NCBI GenBank assembly: GCA_963833985.1
Contig: CAWIAD010000002.1
Location: 5,184,001 to 5,248,000 of the forward strand
Direction of reading: 5' to 3'
Length of the DNA stretch: 64,000 nt
From: an uncultured Planctomycetaceae bacterium
GTDB taxonomy: Bacteria > Planctomycetota > Planctomycetia > Isosphaerales > Isosphaeraceae
Position numbers and translations under genes: made by a program. Numbering within the stretch: position 1 is the stretch's first letter; every line of letters begins with the position of its first letter. This document shows positions 21,184-31,254 of the stretch, in pieces. The notes below the pieces were generated by a model. The model did no database searches, was not told where the DNA came from, and saw nothing but the letters and a program-made list of their open reading frames with translations.

Positions 21184-22179
21184 ATGATTCCCCCTGACGA
21201 CAAGCCCCTGACTCCCGAGCAGGCCCGAGAGAGACTTCAGCAGGGCCTGATCGATGACCTGGCGGGCAATGATACGGTACCCGTTGTCTTCAGGCTGAAA
21301 CCGACCGGGAAGGCCAGCGAGACCTATCCGCTCAAGCTCACCCGGCTCCAGCGGGAAACACTGCTCGGGTTCACCCGATTGAACCAGGCATTGAGGAACA
21401 AGATCTTGCAGGCCGGAGAAGGCACGCAGATTGTTGGCGTGACCTGGAACGAACTGGACAAGCTGAACGATGAAACGGGAGCAGCCGCAGTATACGCCCC
21501 CAGAGTCCACAAGAATCGCCTGCTGGCGGTCCAGTCAAAGGTGATCAAGTTCTTCGAGGCGGAACACGCAGGAATCTTTGACGGGATCGTCCCGAAGACC
21601 CGCAGAAGGCGCCCCGCGAAGTCCGGGATTCTGTTCCAGTTCAGGATCACCTTGCTCGACATCAAACCGGCGATCTGGCGGCGGATTCAGGTTACCGATT
21701 GCAGGCTGCCCGATTTTCATACGCAGATCCAGGCTGCGTTCGGCTGGTGGGACTATCACTTGCACCAGTTCGAGATCAACGGCGTGCCGTTCAGCCTGCC
21801 AGACCCGGACGGGGACGATTTCGGCCAGGAATTCGAGGACGAGACGCATGTTCTTCTGAGCGACCTGCTGCCGAAGTCGACAAAGAAAACGCGGTGGATC
21901 TACGAGTATGACTTCGGTGACGGCTGGCGGCACGACGTCTTGTTCGAGGGCTTTCCCCCATTCGATCCCAACATGAAGTACCCGCTCTGCCTCGAGGGGG
22001 AGCGGGCCTGCCCACCGGAAGATTGCGGCGGGCCCTCGGGCTATGCGGATTACCTTGCCGCCATCGCTGACCCGGATCATGAGCAGCACGAGGAGATGCT
22101 GAAATGGCGAGGGCCCTTCGATCCCGCAGCGTTCGATGCGGAGCAGGCGACGGCGAAGATGAGAGAGAAGAAACCATGA
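21184..22179 (+). CDS. pRiA4b ORF-3 family protein with N-terminal extension
   Basis: QFRITLLDIKPAIWRRIQV, FGWWDYHLHQF, YEYDFGDGWRH, GERACPPEDCGG, FDPAAFD. Confidence 0.9.
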   Translation: MIPPDDKPLTPEQARERLQQGLIDDLAGNDTVPVVFRLKPTGKASETYPLKLTRLQRETLLGFTRLNQALRNKILQAGEGTQIVGVTWNELDKLNDETGAAAVYAPRVHKNRLLAVQSKVIKFFEAEHAGIFDGIVPKTRRRRPAKSGILFQFRITLLDIKPAIWRRIQVTDCRLPDFHTQIQAAFGWWDYHLHQFEINGVPFSLPDPDGDDFGQEFEDETHVLLSDLLPKSTKKTRWIYEYDFGDGWRHDVLFEGFPPFDPNMKYPLCLEGERACPPEDCGGPSGYADYLAAIADPDHEQHEEMLKWRGPFDPAAFDAEQATAKMREKKP

Positions 22180-22361
22180 GACAGCAGGGCCGCAAGCTGT
22201 CCGAGGTCCTCAAGGCGACGTCCGAATTGAGATTGCGGTACGCCGGCGAAGTCCCAGCTTCCGGGTCGGCATACCATGCCCTGCTCTTCGCCCATCTCGC
22301 ATGAAACGAGACCGCCAATCTCGATCAGATCCCGACAATGACTTCGCCGTGACCGGGCCGA

Positions 22362-22649
22362 TCAGGTGATCTCGATCTCGTCAAGCTCGTCGGCATCCTC
22401 GATTTCCTCGACCTCCACGCTGAAGGCCCGGATCCTGGTGCCGGGTGGCAGCTCCTCCCGGTGCTTCTGGTACTCGGCGCTGGCATCGTCCCAGTCGGTG
22501 AAGACCAGCACATAATCGGAAAGGTGCGCCAGGGTGGCAATCGGGCCAGTGTACCACCGGGAGGAGTCGTTCAGATTCGAGTCGTCGTCGATCGTCGGAA
22601 TCTTGCCATCCGGGGTGATGACCGCGAAAAAACCAAAATGTCCGTTCAT
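22362..22649 (-). CDS. Small acidic hypothetical protein
   Basis: About 95-aa ORF MNGHFGFFAVITPDG..., preceded by purine-rich AGGGGG; GC3-biased codons. Confidence 0.55.
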   Translation of the reverse strand: MNGHFGFFAVITPDGKIPTIDDDSNLNDSSRWYTGPIATLAHLSDYVLVFTDWDDASAEYQKHREELPPGTRIRAFSVEVEEIEDADELDEIEIT

Positions 22650-22938
22650 GCCCCCTAAGTCCTGCATCGTGGTCGCTCCTCTGGGCATTGCCCCATGGAA
22701 CCGGGCGAAACCATCACTCTACCCGATTTTCGCCGCCAGCGTTGGCCTCGGTGCGGAATCCGCATGAGTGCGACCGTCAGCCCGCCGACATCCGGGAGCG
22801 GAGCACGGCTTTCCCGAACCGGATTGCCCGAATAGACGATCGGCGATAGGGTTCGGGGGTTGGTGTCGCGGACGCGGGGACCAGGAAGGTTCCGGGGAGC
22901 TCGGGATGCACGGAGGAACGGTGCGGGTGATCCGCTCG

Positions 22939-24751
22939 ATGAACGGTCGCTGGTGGCCGGAGCTCGTGGCCGCGGTGCTCGCGGTGGGGATCTTCCTGGG
23001 GTTTCTGGGCACACTGGAGTTCTGGGGCAAGCGTGAGCAGCGGGCGGCGGCGGAGACGCTCGATACGCTCGATCAGAAGCACTGGCTGGTGGCCGAGATC
23101 CAGGGGCGGCCCCGACTGGAAAAACCGCCGTTGCCGCGGTGGACGACCGCCGCGCTCATGGCCCTCTCCGGCCGGCGTGACGAGTGGATCGTCCGGCTGC
23201 CGGGCGCCTGCGCGGGGCTGGCCACGGTGGTGCTGCTCTACCTGCTGGGAACGCGCATGGGCGGACGCGGACTGGGGCTGGCCAGCTCCATCATCCTCGG
23301 CAGCATGTGGCTGTTCATCGCCGAGCTGCGGCAGGCCGGCAACGACGGACCGCTGGCACTCTGCACCACGCTCGCACTGCACGCCGCCTGGTGCCAGCTT
23401 CACGGCAAGCCGCGCGGCGGCGCCGGCGTGGCGGAAACGCCCGCAGCCAGTTCGTCGCCATCGCGTCTTGGGGCCCTGGTCTTCTACCTGGCGCTCGGGC
23501 TCGGCTTCCTGTGCAAGGGGCCGATCATCCTGCTCGTCGTCGGGCTGACGCTGGTTCCCTACCGGATCCTCTCCGGGCAGGCGGGCGCGGGCCTGCGCAG
23601 CCTGGCCGACCTGCGAGGGCTGCTCCTCTTCCTCGGCCTGGCGCTTTGCTGGCCGCTGCCGGTGCTGCTTCGCGATCCTCATGCCCTGGGCGTGTGGGCG
23701 TTGGAGATCGGCCAGAAGACTGGCATGCTGCCGATTGTCCACCAGGGCCGTACCGTGCTCGGACTGTCACTGCCGGTTCTTGTGATGCCCTGGCCGGTGC
23801 CGGTCCTGAGCGGAGTGGTGCTTGCCTTGCTGCCACGCCGCGGAGTCTGCCTGCCGTGGCCGCGAGGCGATCTGGTTTCCCTGGTGCTGGGCGGTTGTGA
23901 ACCTGGCGGTATTCAGCACCTGGGCGGTCGCCAAGCCCAACTATTACCTGCCGTGTCTGCCAGGAGCGGCGCTGCTGGCGGGAATGGCCTGGATCCGCCT
24001 GAGCCGTGCGGCGCGCGCCACCGAGCGGCCAGTGATGGCGAAGACCGCTCTGGCGTTGCTGGGTGGCCAGTGGGTCATGATCCTGGCGGCCGGGACCCTG
24101 GCCCCGCTCCTGAGCGGCCATTCCCTGGGCGGGTTGCTGCCGGTCGCCCTCGCGGTGGTGATGGGTTCGGCCGCCTGCGCGGTCGCTGCCAGCGGGGTAC
24201 TCTGGCGGCGGGGCAAGGACGAGTTGGCGCTACTGCCAGTCCTGGCGGCCAGCGCGGTCGGGGTGCTGGTGGGCTACGGGATGCTGGCCCCTGCGGACAA
24301 CCCCGCACGCGGGCATCGCACGCTGGCGCGCGAGCTGGAGCGGCGGGTGCCGGCCAACGTGGGAACCATCCACTTCTTCCATGAGATCGACAAGGGGTTG
24401 TGGTTCTATCTGGACAGGCTCAGGCTTGCGCCCGTGCCGGGGAGCCAGCCCCGCTACAGCGAAAGCTATGACCGCATCGGTGGCCTGCTGAGCGCACCGC
24501 TGGCGTTCGACGCCCCGGCCGACCCGACCCTGCGGCGCGCCGACCGGCAAATGGCGGGGCTGGTGGACTGGCTGAAACTCCACGGTCCGGAACGACCCTA
24601 CCTGGTCCTCCGGAGCGCACTGTATGCCCGCATGGCACCTGATCTGGGCGGCAGAACCACGCTGCTCTACCAGGAGGACGGCATGAAGCGAAACACCTTG
24701 ACCTTGCTCCAGATCCACCCTTTGCAGGAAACCGGCGCACCGACCCGGTGA
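22939..24751 (+). CDS. ArnT/PMT-family (GT39/GT83) glycosyltransferase, frameshift near 23868
   Basis: GKREQR..E, PRLEKPPL, VRLPGA, RQAGNDGPL, GFLCKGP; continues in the second frame with AKPNYYLPCLP; multiple TMs. Confidence 0.85.
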
Positions 24752-25199
24752 ATCTTGCGGCCTGAAGCGGTTCGGCCGTTGGAAAGCAGCATGCCGGTGG
24801 CGTGAAGCCTGGCGGTCAGCGAAAGCACGGCATGCCAGAAATGCGGTTTGCGCCGATTGTGCGGGCCAATCATGTTATGCATTTTCTCTATTTTGCCCGA
24901 CCCTGACGACCGTCAGGATTTCCGACGTAAAGTGTTGGTACAAAACGTGAAACGAATTCAAGAGGCGGCCATTGGGGGACGATACAACGAGTGGCTCGCC
25001 ATGGAACACCACGGCGAGAACTCGGGAGCACCAAGTTGTGTGGTATCGACCGGCGGGGAGACGGCAACGTCTCGGGTCCCGGGAAGACCTGAACCAAAGG
25101 CTTGATGCCATGGACGATCGACAAGAAACAGGGTCGAGCGAAACGGCCGGCCGGAATCGCTACCCTCGATCAAACGTTAGCCAAGGAGAGTATTCTCCC

Positions 25200-25781
25200 A
25201 TGTTGAAGCCCTTGACGTTGAGCCTCAGCCTTGCCGTCGCCCTTGGGTTTTGCAGCGTGAGCATGGCAGGCGGTCATGACGGTTGTACCACCTGTGGTCT
25301 GGCCTCCCCGCAGGGCGGCCCGATGGCCAGTGCTCAGGGTCCGATCGCAACGGGTTGCGAGACCCCCTGCGCGCCCAAGAAGCACCACTTCGCCGATTTC
25401 TGCTGCAAGCTGAAGTCGGCTCTTCATCCCCCGGTCTGCTACGAGTGGGTCCTGAAGAAGAAGAAGATGTGGGGCCACCACAACAACTCCGGCTGTGAGA
25501 CCTGCGGCGCCGCTGGTGCTCCGGTCTATGCGACCGGCCAGGTTGCTCCCTCCGGCCAGGGCGGCTACGCCGCTCCGTCGGGCCAGGGTGGCTATGCCGC
25601 TCCTCAGGCCGCGCCGATCTACGGTGCTGGCCAGCACGCCTACCAGACGATGCGTCCTTCCACGACGATCGCGTCGGTTCCCGCCGAGATGACCCCGGCT
25701 GTCGCTGGCGACGAAGCTCCCCCGGCCCCGGAAGTTCGCGAGACCAGCGGCCTGCTGCTGCCGACCCCCTCGGGCAACTGA
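25200..25781 (+). CDS. Secreted Cys/Gly/Pro-rich planctomycete protein with short repeats
   Basis: AAGGAG RBS; signal peptide; CTTCG, CETPC, CETCG; APSGQGGYA tandem repeat. Confidence 0.75.
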   Translation: MLKPLTLSLSLAVALGFCSVSMAGGHDGCTTCGLASPQGGPMASAQGPIATGCETPCAPKKHHFADFCCKLKSALHPPVCYEWVLKKKKMWGHHNNSGCETCGAAGAPVYATGQVAPSGQGGYAAPSGQGGYAAPQAAPIYGAGQHAYQTMRPSTTIASVPAEMTPAVAGDEAPPAPEVRETSGLLLPTPSGN

Positions 25782-25821
25782 GTGAGCCGGTCCGTCGCAG
25801 ACCTCTGTTGGAAACCTTGTG

Positions 25822-25872
25822 AGCCGGTTCGTGGATCCGGTTCCTGACAGGACCGGATCCCGCCGGCCGGCT
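25822..25872 (+). terminator. Strong stem-loop downstream of the Cys-rich gene
   Basis: GGATCCGG-TTCCTGACAGGA-CCGGATCC core flanked by AGCCGG/CCGGCT; no clear U-tract. Confidence 0.4.
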
Positions 25873-25983
25873 GATGGCTCGGGTTGGCACGGAAGCAGTG
25901 CAGGGCAAGATGCCGCTCCCGAGCAACAAGATCCCCCTCCCACGTTGATCACCCCAGAAGTGGCGTGACCTGACATCAGCACG

Positions 25984-26019
25984 ACGGTCTCCGCAAAGCC
26001 TCGGCCTTGCGGAGACCGT
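25984..26019. terminator. 13-bp perfect inverted repeat (terminator-like or RNA-stabilising hairpin)
   Basis: ACGGTCTCCGCAA-N10-TTGCGGAGACCGT followed by TCGCTTT. Confidence 0.45.
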
Positions 26020-26395
26020 TCGCTTTGGGTGAACACCGCTGCCCCCTGCCGCCGGATGCGGTTGACAGATGAGCCCCCTTATGCGTAACTCTTGCACCGC
26101 AAGAAGCGCCGGACCATGCACCCAGGGATGGGCATGCCGGAGTGGACCAGGATCGACGCGTGTGCCGGCCTCGTCGCCGTGACGGGCCCGAATGGGCGCA
26201 TCCTCGTCTCTGGGGGCGACGCTCGGGTCGCACACAGGGTCGTCCTTTCCTGGCCGTTCCCAGTCGCCGTCCCCGTGTGTGCATCGGTCTCCCGGTGACC
26301 ACGCACACAACTGGCTCGGCCACCGCGCTCAGGGTCCTGGTGAGCTGCCCTCCCTGAGGCAGGTGGAGCGGAGGCGGACGCCCGGAGGATGGTTG

Positions 26396-28071
26396 ATGGC
26401 GAGATTTGCCTGGTTGACGTCCGGTCCAGGCCTCAACAGTCTTGGCCCGCGCCTGGAGAGCTTGCGCCGGCGGGCGGCAGCGCGCAGTCCGGCTGTCCGC
26501 TGGGCGCGGCCGCCTTGTGTACCGTGGCTCTGGGACTGGCGGTGTACCTGAGCAGCGTGGCTCTTTCCACGGGGTCCAGCGTCTATCTTGGCTCCGGGCG
26601 GCGGTTCAGCCCGGAGGACCTCAGCAAGATCTCGCGCGGACTCGATCACCAGCGCCTGACCTACCGCATCGACGACCAGAGGCGGGTGGCCGTGGCAGCG
26701 GAGCAGCTCGAGCTGGCCGGTACCGCAATCAGCAAGCTCGAGCTCGGACCGAGGCCGCCGGGAGAGATTCGCGACGACCAGTCGGCCGCGTCAAGCGTCT
26801 GGGAATCGATCCACGACAAGGAGCTTCGCGAGTTCCAGGGCCGGGAGAAGATCCTCGAGTCCCTGATTGGCGACCTGCCCGGGATCGTCGGCTCGTTCGT
26901 CTGGATCAACCGGACAAAACCGCGATGGGGCCTTCAGCAGGCCGTCAAGCCGTCGGCGTTTGTCCGGCTGGAGACCGAGGGCGATCGCCAGTTGCCCTTC
27001 CGCACCGTGCAGACGCTGAGCACCATCCTGACCCGCACCGAACCGGGTCTCACCGCTGATGCGGTCACGGTCGTGGATCGCCGGGGACATACGTACCTCG
27101 ATGCTGGCAACCCGGCCCTGAGCGCGCTCTCGCATAACCGGGCGCGTGAGGAAGAGCTGAGCCAGCAGATCCTCGAGCAGCTCGACTGGATTGGCGGCGT
27201 GCGCGTCTCTGTCCAGCTTGCCGAGACGACGCGGCCGGGAACGAGCACGGTGGAGACCAGGCCCGCGGAACGGCGCCCTTCACCCGATGGGAAACCGGTT
27301 CAGAGCGCCCTTGAGCCGCCCCGCGGAGAACCGCCGTCACGGTGGAAGCCGGCCTCGGGAAGCGGACCGGAGACCAGAACTCTGGCCCCCGCCGTGGCGG
27401 TGAACCGGCCGCTGACACTCGACCCGGAGTTTCCGGCACCGGTGCCAGCACCACCGTGTGGGGCCGGCGTCACCTCGGCGACGTCGCAGCCGGCCGCGGT
27501 CCCTGCGGCAGACACTGGCCCGCCGACGATACCTCGACCCGGCGCCCGCGAGCTCACCGGCGACACCGGCGTCGTCTGGGTGCGCGTGCCGCGCAGCTAT
27601 TATTACAAGGCCGGCATCGCACTGAACCGCAGGGAACCTTCTCTGGACGAGTTTCAGAAGCTGGTCGCTCGCACCGAGGAGCAGATCAGGACCGGCATCG
27701 GGCTGGTGGTCAACCTGTCCGGGCCGCTGTCCTGGACCGCCAAGATCGACATGATCTCCGACGACGTCCCGCTGGACGCTCCGGCCGCAGTGGCGTCCCC
27801 CAGGGCAAGCCGGCGCGTCTCGATGGAATGGGCCGTCGCCGGAGCGCTCGGGGCCGTGGCAGTGGTGATGGCGGCCATCGGATCGTGGGTCCTGAGCACC
27901 CGGAGGCCGGCGCTCGCACCGGCAGCGGCCCCGCGCAACCTGCGTTTCCACGACGCATCCGCCTTCTCTCCGGGCCCCTCGGAACGGCTTCGGGAATTCG
28001 TCCGCCGGAACCCCGAGTCGGCCGTCAGCGTGCTCGAGCGCTGGACGAGCCAGGGAGGCACAGCCTCATGA
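26396..28071 (+). CDS. fliF: FliF/YscJ-family MS-ring protein (probable start 26396 with a frameshift near 26503; alternative in-frame ATG at 26389)
   Basis: TM1; RBM-like LESLIGDLPGI..KPSAFVRL..PGLTADAVTVVDRRG; EEELSQQI..VRVSV; TM2; C-terminal ERLREFVRRNPESAVSVLERW (FliG-binding). Confidence 0.8.
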
Positions 28072-28688
28072 TCCGTACAACCTCTTCGGCGGCAGATGCG
28101 AAGCACGACCCGGCTGCCCCGGCGGCACTCCAGACGCCGGGCTCGCCGGTCCCGCCTCCGCATGACGATGGCCCGCCCGGCGCGACCATCGCCCCCTTGC
28201 GCAAGGCGGCGATTGTGCTCGTGAGCCTGGACCAGTCGCTGGCGTCCCAGTTGCTGGCACAGCTCGACCGCTCATCGGTGGAGGCGGTCACCTGGGAGAT
28301 CGCCCGGCTGGAGCGGATTGATCCGCAGGAGCAGTCGGCCGTCCTGGATGAGTTCCTGGGGCTGGGCCTGCGCCGGCTCTGCTTCGTCTTTGACGACCTG
28401 CTCCGCCTGGGCAACCCGGACATTCGCGGGGCCTATCATCAGGAAGACATCACCACCTGGGCGCTGGCTCTTGCCGGCGCGGCCCCGCTGGTGCGGGCCA
28501 AGGTGCTGCGCTCGCTCGACGCCGCCGACTCCGCGGCCCTGGAGCGTTGCCTGGAGGGCCTTGGTCCGTTCCGGCTCTCCGACGCCGAGGCCGCCCAGGC
28601 CGAGATCGCCGAGCGATTTCGCCGCCTTCACGACCGGGGCCTGATCGCCCTGCCCGACCCGAGCGGGCGTGAAGCCGTGCTGGTCTGA
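28068..28688 (+). CDS. fliG: Shortened FliG (N- and C-domains fused, middle domain absent), 206 aa
   Basis: LRKAAIVLVSL..EIARL..VLDEF (FliG-N) is joined directly to FVFDDLLRL..ALALAGA..LGPFRLSDAEAAQAEI (FliG-C); ATGA overlap with fliF. Confidence 0.85.
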   Translation: MIRTTSSAADAKHDPAAPAALQTPGSPVPPPHDDGPPGATIAPLRKAAIVLVSLDQSLASQLLAQLDRSSVEAVTWEIARLERIDPQEQSAVLDEFLGLGLRRLCFVFDDLLRLGNPDIRGAYHQEDITTWALALAGAAPLVRAKVLRSLDAADSAALERCLEGLGPFRLSDAEAAQAEIAERFRRLHDRGLIALPDPSGREAVLV

Positions 28689-28746
28689 TGCGGCGAGCGG
28701 CAAGAACCATCCATCGGCTGCTCGACGCGACGCCGGAGACCCGGAC

Positions 28747-29229
28747 ATGAAGACCACTTGCCGCATGCAAGCTCGAAGCCTGCCGCTGTGCTCCGCTCTG
28801 CTGGCGGCTCTGCTGGCGGGCGTGCCGGCCTCCGCGGAACAGGAGCCTTTGCGCGTACCAGGGCCGTCGAGCCGGCTCGTCGGGCGCGACGGGTCCGCCT
28901 CGTCCCGGGGAACGGCTCCCCCCGCAAGCAGCGCGACGGGATGGTGGCTCGGCTCGGCGGGAATCACCCTCGTTCTGGCGGTCTGCGGGGCCCTCTGCGT
29001 GGCGGCGCGGAGGTACTTGCCACAGGCGCCTTCCGGATCGCTACGGGTCGTCGGCCGCGTCAGCCTGTCGCCCCGGCATTCCATTTACATGGTGCGGGCC
29101 GGTGAGCGGGTCTGGCTCATTGGCACCGGCAGCCAGGGTGCGCCCACCCTGCTGGGCGAGCTGACCGCGGAGGCCGCCACGCCCCGCGCGGCGACCGGGC
29201 TCGACGTCCGTCTGGGAGAGGAAGAATGA
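28747..29229 (+). CDS. fliO: Flagellar export chaperone FliO
   Basis: TM followed by LRVVGRVSLSPRHSIYMVRAGERVWLIG...LLGEL; lies directly upstream of fliP. Confidence 0.85.
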   Translation: MKTTCRMQARSLPLCSALLAALLAGVPASAEQEPLRVPGPSSRLVGRDGSASSRGTAPPASSATGWWLGSAGITLVLAVCGALCVAARRYLPQAPSGSLRVVGRVSLSPRHSIYMVRAGERVWLIGTGSQGAPTLLGELTAEAATPRAATGLDVRLGEEE

Positions 29230-30146
29230 AGCGCTCCCGGCACGACAGACTGCCTCGAATCGCGGCCGCCCTGCTATGGCCACTGCTCTTGCTGGCGCTG
29301 GGAGCAGCGCCCTCCGGCGAGGCCGCGGCCCCGGCGGGCGCCCACCGCGAAGCAGTCGCCCTGCTCCCGGGCGCGGCCTTCGGCTCCGGCGCCGGCTCGG
29401 ATGCAAGCGTCTTCCGCGCGGGGGACGCTCCAGCACGGGACCTCGCGCCTGGCGGCAAGCCGCCCATTCCCGACCCGCGCGACGCCATGCGCGTCATGCC
29501 GACGATGCTCCTCTATGGGCTGATCTGGCTGGCCCCGATGGCGGCGATGATGGTCACCGCGTTCGTGCGGATCAACATCGTTCTGGTGCTCTTGCGGCAG
29601 GCCCTGGGCAGCCCGCAGATCCCGGGGAACCAGGTGCTCATGGTGCTGTCGCTGCTGCTGACCGCCCTGGTAATGCGGCCAGTGGGCGAGCAAGTCTACA
29701 CGCGAGCGATCGTTCCGTACATGGCGGGGCAGGCCACTCCGGCGCAGGCCTGGTCCGCGGGCTCAACTCCGCTCAAGACCTTCATGGTCGACCAGATCAT
29801 CAGGACCAACCACCAGGACCATCTCTGGGCGCTTTACCGTTACGCGGTGCCCTACAGTCCGGGCCAGGTTGATCCTCAGTATGCCGACGAGTTCCCTTTC
29901 CGGGTGGTGGCGCCGGCTTACATGCTCAGCGAGCTCACCACAGCGCTGGTGATCGGCTTTTATATTTACCTGCCGTTTCTGGTGATCGACCTCGTGGTCT
30001 CGGCGGTGCTGGCGGCCATGGGCTTGTACATGCTGCCGCCGTCGCTCGTGGCTATCCCGATCAAGCTGATGGCCTTCGTGCTGGCCGACGGCTGGCTGCT
30101 GGTAGCGTCGAAGCTGCTCTCAACCTTCGCCGTCGGTGGGACCTAG
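29226..30146 (+). CDS. fliP: Type III/flagellar export gate protein FliP
   Basis: TAFVRINIVLVLLRQALGSPQIPGNQVL, PAYMLSELTTA..GFYIYLPFLVIDLVV, PIKLMAFVLADGW. Confidence 0.95.
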   Translation: MKRSRHDRLPRIAAALLWPLLLLALGAAPSGEAAAPAGAHREAVALLPGAAFGSGAGSDASVFRAGDAPARDLAPGGKPPIPDPRDAMRVMPTMLLYGLIWLAPMAAMMVTAFVRINIVLVLLRQALGSPQIPGNQVLMVLSLLLTALVMRPVGEQVYTRAIVPYMAGQATPAQAWSAGSTPLKTFMVDQIIRTNHQDHLWALYRYAVPYSPGQVDPQYADEFPFRVVAPAYMLSELTTALVIGFYIYLPFLVIDLVVSAVLAAMGLYMLPPSLVAIPIKLMAFVLADGWLLVASKLLSTFAVGGT

Positions 30147-30180
30147 GACAGCCAGGAAAGGAAGGAGGGCCGCCCTGGAC

Positions 30181-30441
30181 ATGAATCATGCGATCGACTG
30201 GTCTCGCGAAGCCCTGCGGATGGCGCTGTTTCTTGGCGGTCCGCTGCTGGCTGTCGCCCTGCTTGCGGGGCTGGTGATCAACATCCTGCAAACCGTCACC
30301 CAGTTGCATGAGCCGGTGGTGGGGCTTGTCCCGCGGCTGGTGGCCGTGCTGCTGGTCTTGCTGGCGATCCTTCCCTGGCTGATCGGCCGCTGGGTCAGCT
30401 TCACCGTCGAGATGATCGGCTCGATTCCCGATTTGTTATGA
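30181..30441 (+). CDS. fliQ: Export gate protein FliQ
   Basis: 86 aa; PLLAVALLAGLVINILQTVTQLHEP..VPRLV..PW. Confidence 0.93.
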   Translation: MNHAIDWSREALRMALFLGGPLLAVALLAGLVINILQTVTQLHEPVVGLVPRLVAVLLVLLAILPWLIGRWVSFTVEMIGSIPDLL

Positions 30442-30451
30442 AACACAGGCA

Positions 30452-31222
30452 ATGGCCGTTGACGTGGATTCCATCAACTCCATCTGGATTGAAGCCCATG
30501 CTCCGGTCTGGGCCCTGGTGATCGCGCGTGTGGGCGCGGCCTGCATGACGGCGCCCGTGACCGCGGCTCCGGGGCTCGGCTGGCCCATGCGCCTTGTGCT
30601 TTCCCTCATGCTGGGCGTGGTGGTGATTCCGGTGCTGGAGCCCTCGATCGGGGCGGTTCCGGGCGGACCGATACTGCTCTGGCTGTGCGTGATGGAGCTG
30701 CTCGCGGGGGGGTTGCTGGGATTGACGGCGGGCCTCATCGTGGCGGCCGCGCGGCAGGCCGGCGACCTCGTTGCGGCCCAGGCGGGGCTCTCGGCCTCGA
30801 CGCTGTTCGATCCCGAGACTGGCGAGGAGCTCACGCCCCTGGGCCACCTCTACGGCCTGATCGCGCTGGCCGTGTTCCTGGCCATGGACGGTCCGCTGGT
30901 GCTGGTGGGAACCGTGGTGGAGAGCTACCGCTCCGTTCCTGCGGGCGGCTTTCGGCTTGACGCGAACACGGCGTCGGAGCTCTTCGCCCACCTCGGCGGC
31001 GCGCTGGCCCTTTCGCTCCGCGCCGCCGCGCCCGTCGCCGTCTCGCTGGTCGCGGCCGGAATCGTGCTCGGCTGGATTGGTCGGCTGGCGCCGGCGGTGC
31101 CTCTTCTGGCCCTGTCGCTCCCCGTCCGATCGCTGCTGGGGATCCTCCTTGTCCTTCTGAGCCTGACCACATTGGCCGCGACGTTTGCCCAGGCGTGGTC
31201 CGGCTGGCCCTGGGGACCATGA
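30452..31222 (+). CDS. fliR: Export gate protein FliR
   Basis: ARVGA..APV, ELLAGGLLG, AGDLVAAQAGL..FDP, DGP, LRAAAP, GRLAP..LSLP. Confidence 0.9.
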   Translation: MAVDVDSINSIWIEAHAPVWALVIARVGAACMTAPVTAAPGLGWPMRLVLSLMLGVVVIPVLEPSIGAVPGGPILLWLCVMELLAGGLLGLTAGLIVAAARQAGDLVAAQAGLSASTLFDPETGEELTPLGHLYGLIALAVFLAMDGPLVLVGTVVESYRSVPAGGFRLDANTASELFAHLGGALALSLRAAAPVAVSLVAAGIVLGWIGRLAPAVPLLALSLPVRSLLGILLVLLSLTTLAATFAQAWSGWPWGP

Positions 31223-31254
31223 GAACCGTGGTCGATCACAACTGAGGCCGTCTC

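Noticed and set aside
21184..22649. Mobile element around the pRiA4b ORF-3 gene
   Set aside because: No transposase, integrase, terminal inverted repeats or target-site duplication found
25884..25901. TGGCAC sigma54-like -24 element upstream of fliF
   Set aside because: No GC at the required -12 spacing
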